DNA of 64,000 nt. Source: Eledone cirrhosa (lineage: Eukaryota). The first letter of the stretch is position 1, and the number at the start of each line of letters is the position of its first letter. The notes below the pieces were generated by a model. That model made no database searches. It was not told the origin of the DNA and was given only the letters and a program-made list of their open reading frames with translations. The translations under genes were made by a program, and so were the position numbers. Shown in pieces: positions 16,554-30,965 of this stretch. Location of the stretch: the NCBI GenBank assembly GCA_964016885.1, contig OZ024741.1:84506001-84570000 (forward strand), written 5' to 3'.

Positions 16554-16621
<68 letters not shown>

Positions 16622-16649
16622 ATGAAGTCAAGTAGTCGGAAGCCGTTCA
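16526..16649. repeat. Palindrome with 30-bp arms centred on (AT)n
   Basis: tgaacggcttccgactacttgatttcatgg-(AT)n-ccatgaagtcaagtagtcggaagccgttca; one mismatch. Confidence 0.9.
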
Positions 16650-17029
16650 TATATATTTATATATACAGAGATAGAGAGAAAGAGGGAGAGAAAGACATAC
16701 AAGCATGCATAGCGTTTCTGCTTTTCTTGGAAAGTTAATTTGACATATCGATTTCAGATTTGTGTTGAAATAAACCCTACACCTACTCCCCCACGTCCCC
16801 ACCAGAGATTTGAGCATAATTGATCTAATTAAATTTCTAGCTTCTATCCAAGCAAAATCGAGTCCATGTCGACATAAATGACGTATTCCCTACATTTCAA
16901 ACCTTCCCTTCTTACATATGTATGTCAGTCCTTCTCAGAGGAGCTACTGCCTATCTCGGGAAAAAACAATTATCGGAAGAACGAGGATGAGAATTTTAGT
17001 TATTATTAATATTTCTGCTGATGATCAGT

Positions 17030-17650
17030 GGATTTAAAAAACCGTTAAAAAGTGAAATGCTTTGCGGTGTCTGTTCTAGCTCCTTACACTCCGAGTTCAA
17101 ATGCTTCTGTGGTCAATTTTACCTTTCTACTCAATAAAATAACGTACCTGTTATGTATTACAATCGACTTTCCCCTTCTATAAAACTACTGACCTCGAGC
17201 CCAAATTTGACATATTATTATAGGGCGGTGGAGTGGCAGTATCGGTAGAGCACCGGAAACAATGTTTTGCAGCATACAGCTACAGCCCTTAGAACACAAT
17301 GTTCTGTGTTCAAATCCGACCCAGGTTAGCATTGCCTTTCATCCTTCGAGGGTCAAGAAAATAAAGTACCAGTCACGTACTAGGGTCGATTTAATCAAAC
17401 CCCCTAAGATTGTTGGTCTTGTGCCTAAATCAGAAACCCATTATTAGTAATTGTTAAAATCTTTAGGGCGTTGGGGAAATTATTTACGGCATTTATTTAC
17501 TCTGTGAGTTCAAATTCTGCGCAGGTCAAATTTGCCTTTCTTCGTTCCGTTTTGGATTGGATAAAATTAGATATCTGTCTAATATTGAATCGATATAATC
17601 GACTTTTCTCTCACTTAAATTGCTGACCTTATGCCATTGGAATCATTAAG
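17030..17650 (+). mobile_element. Cluster of three diverged SINE copies (best one at 17223-17445)
   Basis: Each has gagttcaaat..ttgcctttc..aaataa..tacc motifs of the common SINE. Confidence 0.7.
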
Positions 17651-18499
17651 GATGCACAGGCACCCACACACACAGACACACACACACACGCACACATACA
17701 CACAGTCACACACTTATATATATTTATATATCTATATTTTCTTATACAAACATCTCCAGCAACAAAATACAACAAATAGCTCCGACCTCCTTCAACTAAT
17801 AAACATGAAGGCCACAACTCAACGCCAGAAATGTACCATAAAAATTGCCAAGTATTAGAAATCCATTATATCGATGTTGCTACAAATATTCTTTCAGAGA
17901 ATACATTTTACTCTCCGTACACACATATTCAGTGTTCATTCAGTTAAGGTTTGGATGTTTTCAGGATAATAATATGTTTTAAAGCCACTACCTATGATCT
18001 TTAAATCATTTTGAAAATAATTAAGAATATGCACAAATATTTGGGACATACCAAATGTTCTTACAGAAAATTATCATGGAAGGGGTTTACATAAAACAAA
18101 AGAATATATATATAGAAACAGGACGATTTTAGGCGTTTTGATTTCGAAAGGGTTAGCATTTGTTGCAGAAAACCGTTCAAGAACACAGCTGAGAATATGT
18201 TATCTGATTACTTTATCCATTGGCTATGATCTTATTAATGTAATGACATCTAAACTGTCCGCCGTTCTCATGTTTTTCATCACATTTATTCTCATCTTTC
18301 TTCAGACTCTGTGACTTCGATAATAATGAAGTTTAAATTATAATTCATCAAAAACTGAACCGATGTATTAATCAGCATGTTCTTATATTCCATCTCTTCT
18401 TTTGAAAGCAAGACAGATTATTGAAAATGTACAAAACAGAATTTGCAGCTGCACTATTGACAGCCTTTGAAAAGTAATTGATATATGCAGCTAATAACG

Positions 18500-18662
18500 G
18501 TTTCTGATATAAGCACAACGCCAGAAAATTGGGGGAGGAAAATCGATTAAATCGACCCCAGTGCGTGACTGGTACTTTATTTTATCGACCCTGTAAAGAT
18601 GAAAGGTAACTACATGCCGCCAAACATGTCGGACGCTCTAACGTTGCTGCACATCCACCGCC
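18500..18662 (-). mobile_element. Diverged SINE copy
   Basis: ctggtactttattttatcgaccc..gatgaaagg and terminal ccaccgcc are the reverse complement of the SINE. Confidence 0.75.
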
Positions 18663-18857
18663 ATCATATATGCAGAGTAATAACAAAAACAGACATTTGA
18701 CCACAAAGCAAGAAACCTGGCTGGTAAAAATGTTATATATTTTTTTAGATTTCTTTCAATTGCATAGAACCAGCTACTGCTTTATGAATTTACTTTACCC
18801 ACATATCTTTTGTATATATTAAAAGGGAAAAAAATAACTATTATTTCAAAATAAAGG

Positions 18858-19046
18858 GGCGGTGGATTGGCAGTATCGGTAGAGGGTCGGACGCCATGCT
18901 TTGCAACATTGTGTTAAGGTCCTTTATGGTCTGAGTTCAAATCCCGCCGAGGTTAACTTTTCCTTTCATCCAAACGGGTCGATAAATAAAGTACCAATAA
19001 TTCACTGGGATAATTCATGGCCTTGTGCCAAAATTAGAAACAATTA
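18858..19046 (+). mobile_element. tRNA-derived SINE with TSD
   Basis: Family sequence; attatttcaaaataaagg on both flanks. Confidence 0.9.
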
Positions 19047-19499
19047 TTTCAAAATAAAGGCGTATATGAACTTATATCTGTATATATATAATATCGGTGT
19101 GAATATTTTAAACAACGATCATGCAGCTATTTCATCTGACATTATTTATAGTTTATTTATGAATCAACTACAACCAAAAATGTGTTACCCGATAAACATA
19201 TATCACCTGTATTAGTTTGAAATAAGCTAGCCTTCGCAGTAGGAAGAATCACCAACACTGCCATAAAACAGTACTGCTTCTGCATTTACTGACTTCTATG
19301 GTTGTCTCTATTTTTGTTTCATCCGATATTGATGAGCTGATAGCTAGAAGATTCTTATCACACAAAATTATTTCGGCACATTCTTTCGAAACAAAATAAA
19401 ACAAAGCTATTCTTTTTTTAACACGATGAGGTTTAACGCAATTTCAATCCTTCCGTTACCATTTTACTAATGAAAAACACGACGTATAATTTTGTTGTA

Positions 19500-19960
19500 T
19501 ATATTTTTTTCATTTCACAAATATTGAGGGATTTAGTTAACAAATTTTGTCATTATTAAGTTGTTGTTTGGAAAATTACTTAACAATGAATGTTCCTTAA
19601 GTTGAAAGGTTTTTAAATAAATATAAACATGTTACCATATTGTTACCGCCTTTCTAACAAAAGACACTGCCGGTGGTTTTCAAATTGTTTTGGGGGGATT
19701 TAGTAATATAACTAATGTTTCATTATTAAGAGGTGTTTGGAGTACAACTTAAATTTCTCACAGGAAATTATGATTTTAGATAAATATTAACATTCACATA
19801 TTTTTAAGCTGCAGTTCAAATAAAAGACACAGCCATTGATTTATAAATCATTTTGAAAATAATTTGGAATTCGGATTGATTTGGTAATATATCTAACTTT
19901 CTGATTATTTGGCCGGCTTGCCTTAATGACGATTCTTACCTGAAATTAAGATAGATTCAA
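19500..19960. repeat. Diverged ~170-190 bp tandem units; related units in opposite orientation at 62430-62780
   Basis: Motif gattt(a/g)gt(t)aa..tcattattaag..tgtttgga recurs; reverse-complement-like aaacaccagcttaat..ttactaaatc units near 62450 and 62650. Confidence 0.5.
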
Positions 19961-20914
19961 ATAATTAAATACAAATAGTTTTGTATCATAGATCCAAGGG
20001 CTGCTTCGTATCAAAATGTTCAAAAACACTTGGAGTTGATAGATTTCATAAATATAATTGTCACGAATGTGTAACGAACTATTCCAGTAACCTCATTTTC
20101 AGTGACGAGACTGTTAATAATTAAAAACAAATTCAGGATTGCGAAATAAAAAATAGAAGCTCTAATTTCCTGAAATTGATTTAACCAGGCATAGTTCTAT
20201 CAATAACAATAGAAATACTTTGCCTCTTCTTCAAAGGAAATGAATACTTCACACTTTCCATGTAATTATTTCATAAACATCACACGACAGAACAACGCCG
20301 TTATTCCATCAAAGGGCATTCACACCAGCACTGAGCTAATATGTGGCATGGCATTTTAGTGAAATCTCGGCATATTTTTAATTTAACAGCAATACCTGCT
20401 CTACATGGAGATATGTTATGATGTAAACTGCTAGCATCAATATTGGGCGAGGTAGGAAGAGGATTACAATATTATTTGCAATGCAATTTTTCATTTAAAT
20501 AATAATGAATATCATATATATGTTCCCTTATTAAAGCATGTAAATTGAAAAAAGAGATAATAGCGAAAGAACTAAAAAATAGTAATTGGGTGTGACGACT
20601 GGGAGAGAGAGAGAGAGGGACAGACAGAGACAGATAATGAGAGAGAGAGGGAGAGAGAGAGATGATAGAAGAGAGAGAATGAAACAAAACAAAGAAAAGC
20701 AAAGACAGGGAGAGGTGATGAGAAACACGAAGAACGAGTTAAAACTGAGTGATAAAAATTACGAATAAAGAGAGAAAAAATAGAATGATATCCACACACA
20801 CACCACACACATATATGTGTGTGCATGATTGTATACATACATGCATACATTATTCATACGTACATACATACATGCATGCATACATATATATATATGTGTG
20901 TGAGTGAGTGTGTG

Positions 20915-21026
<112 letters not shown>

Positions 21027-21049
21027 CGTGTGTGTGTGTGTGTGTGTGT

Positions 21050-21081
<32 letters not shown>

Positions 21082-23039
21082 TGAATTTTCTTGGAAGGGA
21101 AGTGTTAATTTTCTACATTCTTCTTGATATAAAATTAAATATATGCTAAAGAAACAGAACGAAATGTTCTAAGTCATCTTGAAGAAGGTTGAAGGAAATT
21201 GAAAATTACCGTGCTATGTTATTTCGGTAGGAATCATACATAGGTCTTATAGAGTTTCCAACGTAAAATTACATCATCAGAACATTTTAATTACTATGTT
21301 TATAATTCGAAAGAAGGCATCAAATATGTGGTGAGGATGAAAGAAAGAAAAGGTAGAAAAAAAATGAATGTGAAAGAGAAAACGCTTATAACATTGAAGT
21401 ATATTCGCTTTTGAAGAAAACCTACTCCAGGCTTTCTTATGTTGTCTTTGCTTGTGTAAATATGTGTAAGAAAAGCGAATACACTTGATGTAAATCCACA
21501 GCGATTCTTATTCTTTTACCTTGAGGACACCTTTTAAAATTCACTCTAACTGTTGGTGGTAAGGAAAGACAAGAAGGAAGAGAAAACAAAAACAGACTAC
21601 ACGGGATATGACATATAAAAATCGTTTTTATAACACTCTTGCGTATTATATATACATTGTGTTAAACTTTCAGCAATTATTGAATACATCGAACTGAAAA
21701 GTATGGTGAAGTGAAAGAAAAAATCCGTGGAAATGAAATTTGGATGCAAGATATATGAAGTGCATGTTATTAGTGAATAAAACTAGAAGCAGTGTATAGA
21801 CTGAACGACATCAAACGCTTCGTTTTCTCTTGTCGCACTACGTGTGGCTGACCCTAGACTTTGAAATAATTGACGCCGTTTGTGTTTAGGATTATATATA
21901 CACACACACACACACATATATATATATGATATATATATATCTATCTTATAAACTTTCGGGATCGACGGCTGAGCTCTTGCCGTTTCAACAGTTAGTTCCA
22001 TCCTGATTTATAAATATATATGTTTTTTTTTTTTGGGGGGGGGGGGGGGTATATTCTTCTAAACTCGTCAATTTCAAACGCAAATTCACCAACTAGCCCT
22101 TGAGTGCATTAAGCGGAGTTCATTCCTTAACGAGTATTTGAGCAAGGTCTTCTTTCTACCCTCTGCCCTCATAGGGACCCGAAAAGAGTCATGGACACTG
22201 CCTTTTCCTCATTGAAGGAACAGCAAAACATAAACTAAATGAAACGTCAAACAATTAAATCTTTAAATAGATGAAATGTTGAATTGTGTAATGTCTATAG
22301 CTATATGGTCTACAATCATAGGTCTGGCCTACGCATTGAGAACTCCACTCATTGCCTCGTGTATTAACGTATTCATATTCCTTTTAATGTCTATATATTT
22401 TTAACTAGGCAGAGAGAATAACGGAGTTAAAATCAGATTTAGAGCAGAGTTTCAACTCGGATTTACTACCCCAAAACAGAATCAGTAGGTTGTGCTCAAA
22501 ATAATTTCTACATGATAGGAATTTAACTGCAATAGACAGATGGTGGTAGAAAATAATTGGTGGGGTGTGGTAACAAAATGGAGTACACACACTTGGCATG
22601 TCCACTAACATTTGTGTGTGTGTGAGTGGGTGGGTTTTTTTCCAGCTTTCTTTTTACCTATGCAACGTGGCCAATGAAGGGAGAAAAGGACAAAAGTAGA
22701 ATTTGAACCTCTATGCACGATCAAGTAAATTTCTGTTAGTAGATGTTGCTCTGTATTATTTCTACGGCAACAAGTTAGAATTTAAAGAATCCTTCACTCT
22801 TTGTGGCCGTTGACAACCGACGTGTTTTGGACTTTTTAAACCTATCGGAGGCCAACTCTTTGTAAGTTGGAACAGAGCCGATTCCTTCATGGGAGAGGGG
22901 AAAGCAGAAAGAAGAAGAAGACGAAGAAGGTGAACCAAAACTGAACTGATATTTTATCGACCTCCAAAAGGATAAACGGCAAATTTGATACTGAGGTATT
23001 TTTAATCCGACGTCTCTAACGATCTTCCAATTCATTACA

Positions 23040-23220
23040 TATTTAGCGCAGTGGACTTCAACAGAATAAAGACGGAAGTCAAAGTGATTGGTTTAATATG
23101 AGAAGTAACTAATGGATTTAAGACAGACAGGGAGTGGCAAGTTGTAAGAAAGAGAATATTGAAAATGAGCCAGGTGGGAACAGAATTCCATAATTGCATA
23201 TATGATACGATGTGTGCAAT
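23040..23220 (-). mobile_element. Possible LINE (CR1/L2-like) 3' fragment
   Basis: Minus-strand translation contains QLWNSVP, similar to the LWNSLP C-terminal LINE motif; short and degraded. Confidence 0.35.
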
Positions 23221-23248
23221 AGAAGAAGAAGAAGAAGAAGAAGAAGAA

Positions 23249-23301
<53 letters not shown>

Positions 23302-23710
23302 CAAATGATCTTGATGATGGTGATGGTGATAGTGAATGTCATTTGAGAATATTTGAAAATAGATAGCAATATTTAACTAAGTTCAGCCACTGTAGCTTAT
23401 CTTGGTATCTTGGAAATATTCCTACCTGTTATTCGGTACCTAATACTATTCCTCCTCTTTCTCCTTCTCCTTATTCCCTCATCCTTCTTCACATTCTGCT
23501 ACTCCGTTACACCTTCGGCTTCCCCTCCACCACCTTCACTCCTTCTTGCTTCACCTCGTCCATTACTTCCTACTCTTTTAGCTCATCCTCCACCACCTCC
23601 ATCATTTAACACATATGTAAGTGTCATTTTGCGTCTCTGTCTGCTTCTCCGTGTGTGTGTATGTGTGTGTCAGAGACTGTCTATACATGCGTTTCTGTGT
23701 GTATATGTGT

Positions 23711-23779
<69 letters not shown>

Positions 23780-23869
23780 AATGCCACTGTATATGAAAAG
23801 TATCAGTGCATGTTTATGAACAACTGAAAGTTAGAATGAATGTGTGTGAGTGTTTGTGTATGCGTGTTC

Positions 23870-24209
<340 letters not shown>

Positions 24210-24613
24210 CTGAATGTATATGTGTGTGTATGTATTTGCGTGTGTATATGTATATATGTGTGTATGCATGTATGTTTGCATGTATGTAAGTATGTTTATA
24301 TGCATGTATGTGTGTGAGGTCGTGTGTACGTGTGTGTGCATGAGAGAATGAGGTGGTAACGTGTGGGTGTGCATGTGTTTCAAATGTGTCAAACAGTATT
24401 TAAATATGTGTGTGAAAGAGTGTGTTGCATGTGTGTCTGTGTAGGAGTACGTGTGTAAACGTGAGTGAATGTGTCTCTCTTTGCGCACGTGTATTTATGA
24501 GTAATGAAGGCATTAAAGAGAGAGAGTGAGAGATTGATATAATGTGTGTGTCTGTGTGCGTCTCTGTGTGTCCGCGTGTGTGTGTCGCTCTGTGTGTCTG
24601 TGTGTGTGTGTCT

Positions 24614-24688
<75 letters not shown>

Positions 24689-25454
24689 TTATTGTTAACA
24701 TCTTTGTCATAACCAGCTGACATTTTTTCCTCGCTTATCAATTTGTGGAATTTAAATTTCTACCAAAAGATAACACAGGGCAAAAACAACTACAGCTCTG
24801 ACAACAACTACAAGAAACAAACAAGCCAAGAAACACAAATCTAATAAAAGAAGGAAAAATTTATCATCAATTTTTAAAGGAAAGATTAAAATAAAGATTT
24901 CAAATGTTTACTTATCACTCTAACCATGCAATAGAAGACTTTAATTTCTGAAGGCACTTCTAACACTATCGATTCCTTAGTCCAAGAATAGGAAACGTAT
25001 TCTACTGAGAAATAATTGTCAGATAATTAGCGGAAGGTGAGGAAAATGCAGAGCAATTGAGGTAGAGGAAAAAAAAACAAAGGAAGATTTATCAGTATCG
25101 TAACGTGTATTGTTTTACCTTAGTAGTATTAATGAGAATCATTTTGAATGTCGGTGGAGGTTCGCAGACCAGGTTTCCCAAATCATTAACTTAGTAAAGC
25201 TTACAAACCCATGGCAATTATGGGAAAGAGCAGCAAATAAGCCATCAAGAAGAAAATGAGAGGAGCAGAGAGAGCATCCAGATAGCTCTGGCTGAAGAGA
25301 AGTGATATAAAGTTATCAATATGCAGCTTGGAATGATGTTGTGGCTTGAACATCAGTGGTCGGGCTACACAGATGACGGTATAATAACCAAGGACACCAG
25401 GAGAAAATGTCAACGTATTTTGAACCTTAGGTGTGTGAAAAACAATATATATAT

Positions 25455-25631
25455 AGTTATATTTTGGGAGGGCCATATTGTTATAATATTGCCAGAAATA
25501 ATAAATAATAATACACTCACTGTTTGTTTTGGGTTGGTTTTCGCTTCTGTATCTTTTATATCTTCATAGTTAATTTATCTGGCAATCATTGTTTATCATT
25601 GATTGACCAACGGTTAGAAATAAAGATACAA

Positions 25632-25635
<4 letters not shown>
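25455..25635. repeat. Dispersed repeat; inverted copy at 31014-31190, partial direct copy at 30320-30372
   Basis: catattgttataatattgccagaaataat..ttttcgcttctgtatcttttatatc..ttgattgaccaac and its reverse complement. Confidence 0.85.
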
Positions 25636-25696
<61 letters not shown>

Positions 25697-25707
25697 GAAG
25701 TTGTAAT

Positions 25708-25852
25708 TAATTTGTTGGAATTCCGACGGACATAAATGTTTATAACTGATTTAGAGCACTCAAAAACTTACTGGAGTAAATATTCCATGATATTAAATAA
25801 ATGGAAACTATATTTATAAAACCATATTTATTTCATTATATATATTTCAAGG
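25708..25852. repeat. Dispersed repeat; direct copy at 35788-35932
   Basis: aatttgttggaa..ataaatgtttataactgatttagagcactcaa..atggaaactatattta..tttcaaggg in both. Confidence 0.85.
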
Positions 25853-26237
25853 GCAACTAAGCGAACCTTGGTGCGCTTTCATTAGATAAAATACAAAGTT
25901 TGTTTTATAAATAAAGACGTACCCATGAAGATTCAACCTTATCGGTCGCAAATTCACTGGATAGTCGAAACATATTAGGGAATATTCAAAGTTATGTATG
26001 AATATGCAAATGAATGTGTAAATAATTGAAAAAACAACTGTTTATTTAAATGACGCTAGGGAAAGATATGGAAGAAAGAGCGAGAGAAACAATATTAATA
26101 TTATGAGATAGAAAGATAGATGAAATTTACTCGAGGATGAATAGTAACGTAAATAAGTTTTCAGTTTATATATACAAATGGTACGTATATTTAGTATTAT
26201 TAAGTTGTTAGAATTCATTTCTAATATAATATAATAT

Positions 26238-26425
26238 AATTGTTCCTACTTTTTGGCACAAGGCCAGCAATTACCCAGTACATTACTGGTACTTTATTCT
26301 ATCGACCCCGTAAGGATGAAAGGCAAAGTTAACCTCGACGGGATTTGAACTCAGACCGTAAAGGGACGTAACTATGCTGGAAAGCATAGCGTCCGACCCG
26401 CTACCGATACTGCCAATTCACCGCC
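26238..26425 (-). mobile_element. tRNA-derived SINE
   Basis: Reverse complement of the common SINE. Confidence 0.9.
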
Positions 26426-27267
26426 AATTCACATAATATTTGCTATTATAAGTAGATAGAAAAAATAAATATATAAAATAAATATATATAAAAATATGTT
26501 GAAATATAAGTTGAAAAATAAATAAATAGAAAGATAGATATATAGAAGAATCAATAGATATAACAAATAGATAGATAGATAGAAAACAGATATATGAATG
26601 GATAGATGTGTATATCTTATATATAATTGTTTTAATGAGCTATGAGGGATATTGGTTTACGTTTATTAGAAGTAATTAAGTTAACTGAGTTAATAAGAAT
26701 ATTTATATATTTTAAATGTTTTAAATTGGGAAGATACGGAAAAAGCCACCAGTTTTGTTTGTTTATTAGTTAGTATGAGACCATTTTGTCAAAGATATAA
26801 ATGTTAAAAGATATATTTAGCCTGAATTAGTTATTGGTTATAAAACTAATAAAAGATATTAAAAACTTTTATTAAAAAATATTAAAGAATATTAAAAATT
26901 CTGGAAAATTATCGGAAAATACTTTGAAAATATTTAAAAAACATTAAAAATATTTTTAAAACATTTACACATCTTAAAAATAATTTTTAAAAATACTTTA
27001 AAAATACTCAAAAATTATTTAAAAAATATTTTAAAAACATTTTTAAAATATTCAAAAAATTCAAAAAAAAAAGTTAAAACATCTTTAAAAAAGATTTTAA
27101 AAAATTTTCTTTTTAATTTAAAAAAAAAAAACCTAAAATGTATTTTGAAATATTTTATACGAGATAAGTAGATTTTTTTAAAAATAAGTAATTTAAAAAA
27201 AAAGTAATCTTTTAATAATAAGTAATTTTTAAATATATGAAATATTTTGGAAGTAAAAAATAATAAA

Positions 27268-27449
27268 TAATTGTTTCTACTATTGGCACAAGGCCAGCAA
27301 TTAACCAGTACATTACTGGTACTTTATTTTATCGACCCCGTAAGGATGAAAAGCAAAGTTAACCTCGGCGGGATTTGAACTCAGAATGGCAAGGGCCGTA
27401 ACTCTATGCGTCAAAGGATGGCGTCCGACTCTCTACCGATACGGCCAAT
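27268..27449 (-). mobile_element. tRNA-derived SINE
   Basis: Reverse complement of the common SINE. Confidence 0.9.
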
Positions 27450-27600
27450 AAATAATGAAAAGGAATATTTAAGAAGTAAAGAATAAAAAATAAAAATAAA
27501 AATAAAAATAAAAATAAAAATAAAGAATTAAAAAAACCTTAAAAAATATTAAAATTAAAGTTAAAGTTGAAAATTCAAATTTAAAAATTTGGATAATTTT

Positions 27601-28870
27601 AAGCGGTGTGTACAGCTTATCGTCGTTTCAGCTCTGCTGTTGATGAGCACGTGGGGGTGCCGTTATGATGTGGTAGAGGTCCATGAAGCAAAGCTCGCAC
27701 TTCATCTTGAAGTTGTACGGTGCAGCCCTGCTGACGATTTCCCAGTGCGTGGAGAAGCTGAAGTTTGAGTCTTTTAATGCTGTGATGTAGTCCGCGAGAG
27801 AAGTGGAGTGTCTTAGTTTCTTGTTACCGAAAGGGTGGAGATGTGTTCGAAATCTAATTTTGAATGGGCCAGAAGTAGCCCCTATATAATGTTTAACGTT
27901 ATTAGGGCTAGTTACGGTGCACCTATATATAACCCTATCAGTCAAGCAGTTCCCCCTAAGGGGGCAGCGTCCGCTGTCGCGGCAGTTGCAATTTCGGTCG
28001 TGGTCCCTTCTATTTCCCACGGTAAGGCTATTATTATTGCTATCTACGTTGTTACCTACGCTCCCACACCTGTCATTAGCACCATTATAACCCACTGCGT
28101 GCGGGGTGGTACCATTATTATTCCGCACGCAGCAGCGCCTTCCGCTGCCGCCGGGTGACCCGTGCGGGTCACTTGCATATTTCCCAGTCATGTTACGCTT
28201 ATGTTGATTGCCTCTGTAGTGGCTGTTGCCAGCACTATTGGATGCTGCTAAGGGGTTGTTAAGGCCGATATTCTTGTTGTCAAGTGTAGGTGTGTCTGTG
28301 CTAAGGTGCTGTGTCTTGGTGATCTTACTGTGATTAGTTGTTCCTATGATGTCTGCTAGGTTAGGAGTAGTAAAGAAGGATATTTTTATATTGTTCCTAT
28401 TAAGGATTTTCCTATACCTATGGTTGTGTGGGAAGTTCTTTTCTAAGGCTTCGAAGAATATCCGGGGTATGTCAGAGGCTACACTCTGAGAGTGGGGGGG
28501 ATGGAACCATAGGACGTTACGGTGACGGTTACGTGCCTTTGTACGTTTGCCACGGGCTGTGCTATCATGGTGCCCGTTCTTATGCATGTTAATGCACGGT
28601 AGCCGGTTACGTGTCCCTTTCGCTTTATGCTCGGGTGCTCTCTTCTTCCTTCTGCTACGTTTATGTATAGGAAGATGCTGGTTGGAAGGCGTTGGTAGTA
28701 GGCCGTCGCCTTTGTTGATTTTATAGTAGGGGATTAATTCAAGTAGGCTACAGTGGTCACTGTCACCGGGGTCGTGATCTTTATTGTGTGGTAAGCTACC
28801 TATACTATCGCCAGTGTAATTAGCATTGTGGCCGTGTTCCGTGCGTATCGACAATGGTAAGGTAGTAGCC
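27601..28870 (-). mobile_element. Penelope-like element, 5'-truncated; linker plus GIY-YIG endonuclease
   Basis: ORF 27628-28920 has WFHPPHS..HRYRKILNRNNIKISF, CNCRDSGRCPLRGNCL, VIYRC..HYIGAT..FKIRF..H and CELC, homologous to the other four PLEs here. The RT core is missing. Confidence 0.9.
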
Positions 28871-29036
28871 ACATACTGGAAACGGATAAAAAATTTGTCC
28901 GGAAAAGACTGCCCTAACACCGGCCAGAGTTATCTCCCTTGACCTACTGTTTTTTTTACGAAGAATGAACTCTGACGTGAACTTATCTGTAAAAACACAT
29001 TCCGAGTCGTGTAAGGAACACTTTTTAGTTATTTAT

Positions 29037-29075
29037 ACCCCTGAGAAGACCATTCGGGTGAAACGTACGTAGCTG
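29037..29075 (+). ncRNA. Degenerate hammerhead motif next to the truncated end of the PLE
   Basis: CTGAGAA-g-acc attcg ggt-GAAAC gtac GTA. The core deviates from CUGANGA and helix I is poor. A related 3' half (gaaacgtacata..aaacatgttttaacggttt) lies on the minus strand near 36000-36040. Confidence 0.45.
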
Positions 29076-29302
29076 CTATTTTAAATAAACATGTTTTAAC
29101 GGTTTGTTTTCCTATATTTATTTCTCCACGTGATTACGCTCTGCTAATTCTCTCACCCACTAGATAGTAACACTTCTAATATTTAACACTGCCGGCACTA
29201 GTATTGAGTACCCTTTGCATTCTCTATTAGCAAATAACTACATGTATCACCTATCCCTCCTTCTCTCTCTCGATACGTAAATATTCTCTCTATATATATA
29301 TA

Positions 29303-29545
29303 ATCATCATCATCATCATCATCATCATCGTTTAACGCCCATCTTCCACGCTAGCATGGCTTAGGCGGTTTGTTCGATTTGATGCGGGAATGGTCGGGAG
29401 ATCATGTTTCGCTCGCACGGAAGCGTCTCTGGCAGGTTATTTACAGCTGGATACCGTTCCTAACACCAACCATATTTACAGTGTGGACTGGGAGCCTTTT
29501 CACTGTCTCCTACATGACCACCTTACAGTGTGGACTATTGTAGCA
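29303..29545 (-). mobile_element. Second short retroposon family, 3' end with (ATG)n tail; related copy at 40573-40755
   Basis: (cat)n-cgtttaacg..ttccacgct.gcatgg..ggat.cc.ttcctaacaccaacca.atttacagtgtgg shared by both loci. Confidence 0.8.
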
Positions 29546-29819
29546 TCGACACATTCGACAGAACGGGAGAGGGATGGTGGAGTAGGTGTGGCGGTGAGGT
29601 GTACATTGAGTTAAGAGGTGCCTACTGACTGTAGGTTTGTATGCAATGGTAGTCGGGACTTCTGTACAACTGCATGGCGCCAAATTGTCATTGTCTTAGA
29701 GAGGTGTAGGTTGGCAAGGTCAGTTTTTATCACTTCGGCCCAGGTTACATATATATATATATATAAATGGCGTGGACATTACAATACAACGGCAAAAATC
29801 ATAATAGTACTTGTGACAT

Positions 29820-30676
29820 CATCAGTGGTACTATTACGTTTCCTCCCGTTGTATTCTAATTAATGTCCACGCTATTTTTAATATTTGTTTATTATTTATT
29901 CTTGTCTCTGTCTCTGCTTGCGCATGAGTTTGCGTGTGTGTTTTCTGTGTGTGTTCGTGTCTGAGTCTATGTGTGTTTGTATTCTATCTGTGTTCACTAG
30001 TGTGTGTTTATGTGCGTTTGTTGTTATTGTACTTGTGTACATTTATTTATTTCAATACACGATTTCATATCAAAAACATTACATAACAAATATATATTTA
30101 TATATACACACACACATTCACACACACACTCACACACAAATACACACACACATATATATATATATATAAAGAGAGAGAGAGAGAGGGAGACAGAGAGAGA
30201 GAAAGAGAGAAAGATAGATAGATAGATAGAATCATACATAGATAGATAGATATAGATATATTCAAATTGTATATATTTGTTTTGCAAGGTTTTTTATATG
30301 AAACCGTGTGTCGAAACAAATATAGTTATACTTGGGTAGGGTCATATTGTTATAATATTGCCAGAAGTAATAACATAACGGCATACAGAGGTGAGACTCC
30401 TCGAAGCATAGGAGAAAGAATAGAACAACACTGGGGAGGGGCAGGACTAAAAGGACCAAAAATTAGTTCAGTCCTATATGAACACGCCAGACAATGACTT
30501 GACTATAATATAGACAACATAGAAATTAAAATAAGATCCAAGCCCAGAAATGACTCAACTGGTAGGCAAATCAGAGAAGAAACTGAGATAGAACTAAGAA
30601 TAACAAAGTTAAACGGAAAGAACGAATGGAGTAACAACAAAAACCATACCCAACAATACTGACCTAAGGGAAATAT

Positions 30677-30708
<32 letters not shown>

Positions 30709-30965
30709 ATATATACACAACAACAATAAATAAATAAACAAATATATACACAAGTACAATAACAACAAACACATAAACACACACTAGTGAACAAAGATAG
30801 AATACAAAAACAAAAACACACACTCAAACTCGAACACACATACCAAACATGAAACGCAAACGCATGCTCAAACAGAGACAGAGACATGAATAAATAGATA
30901 AATTGAATAAAAATGGCGTAGGCATTACAATACAAGGGGAGAAAAAATAATAGTACCACTGACAT
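29820..30965. repeat. Inverted repeat, arms ~29820-30050 and ~30720-30965
   Basis: tcagtggtactatta..ttgtatt..tgtctctgtctctg..ttcactagtgtgtgtttatgtg..ttattgtacttgtgta and its reverse complement. A small hairpin at 29769-29872 overlaps the left arm. Confidence 0.85.

Noticed and set aside
18180-20460. Possible host exons in complex-sequence patches (18180-18480, 19220-19400, 20080-20460)
   Set aside because: Only short open frames with stops, no recognisable domain and unconvincing splice pairs; cannot be supported without RNA-seq or homology search.
25290-25340. ctgaaga hammerhead-like box
   Set aside because: No downstream GAAA-helix III-UH with a matching helix I.
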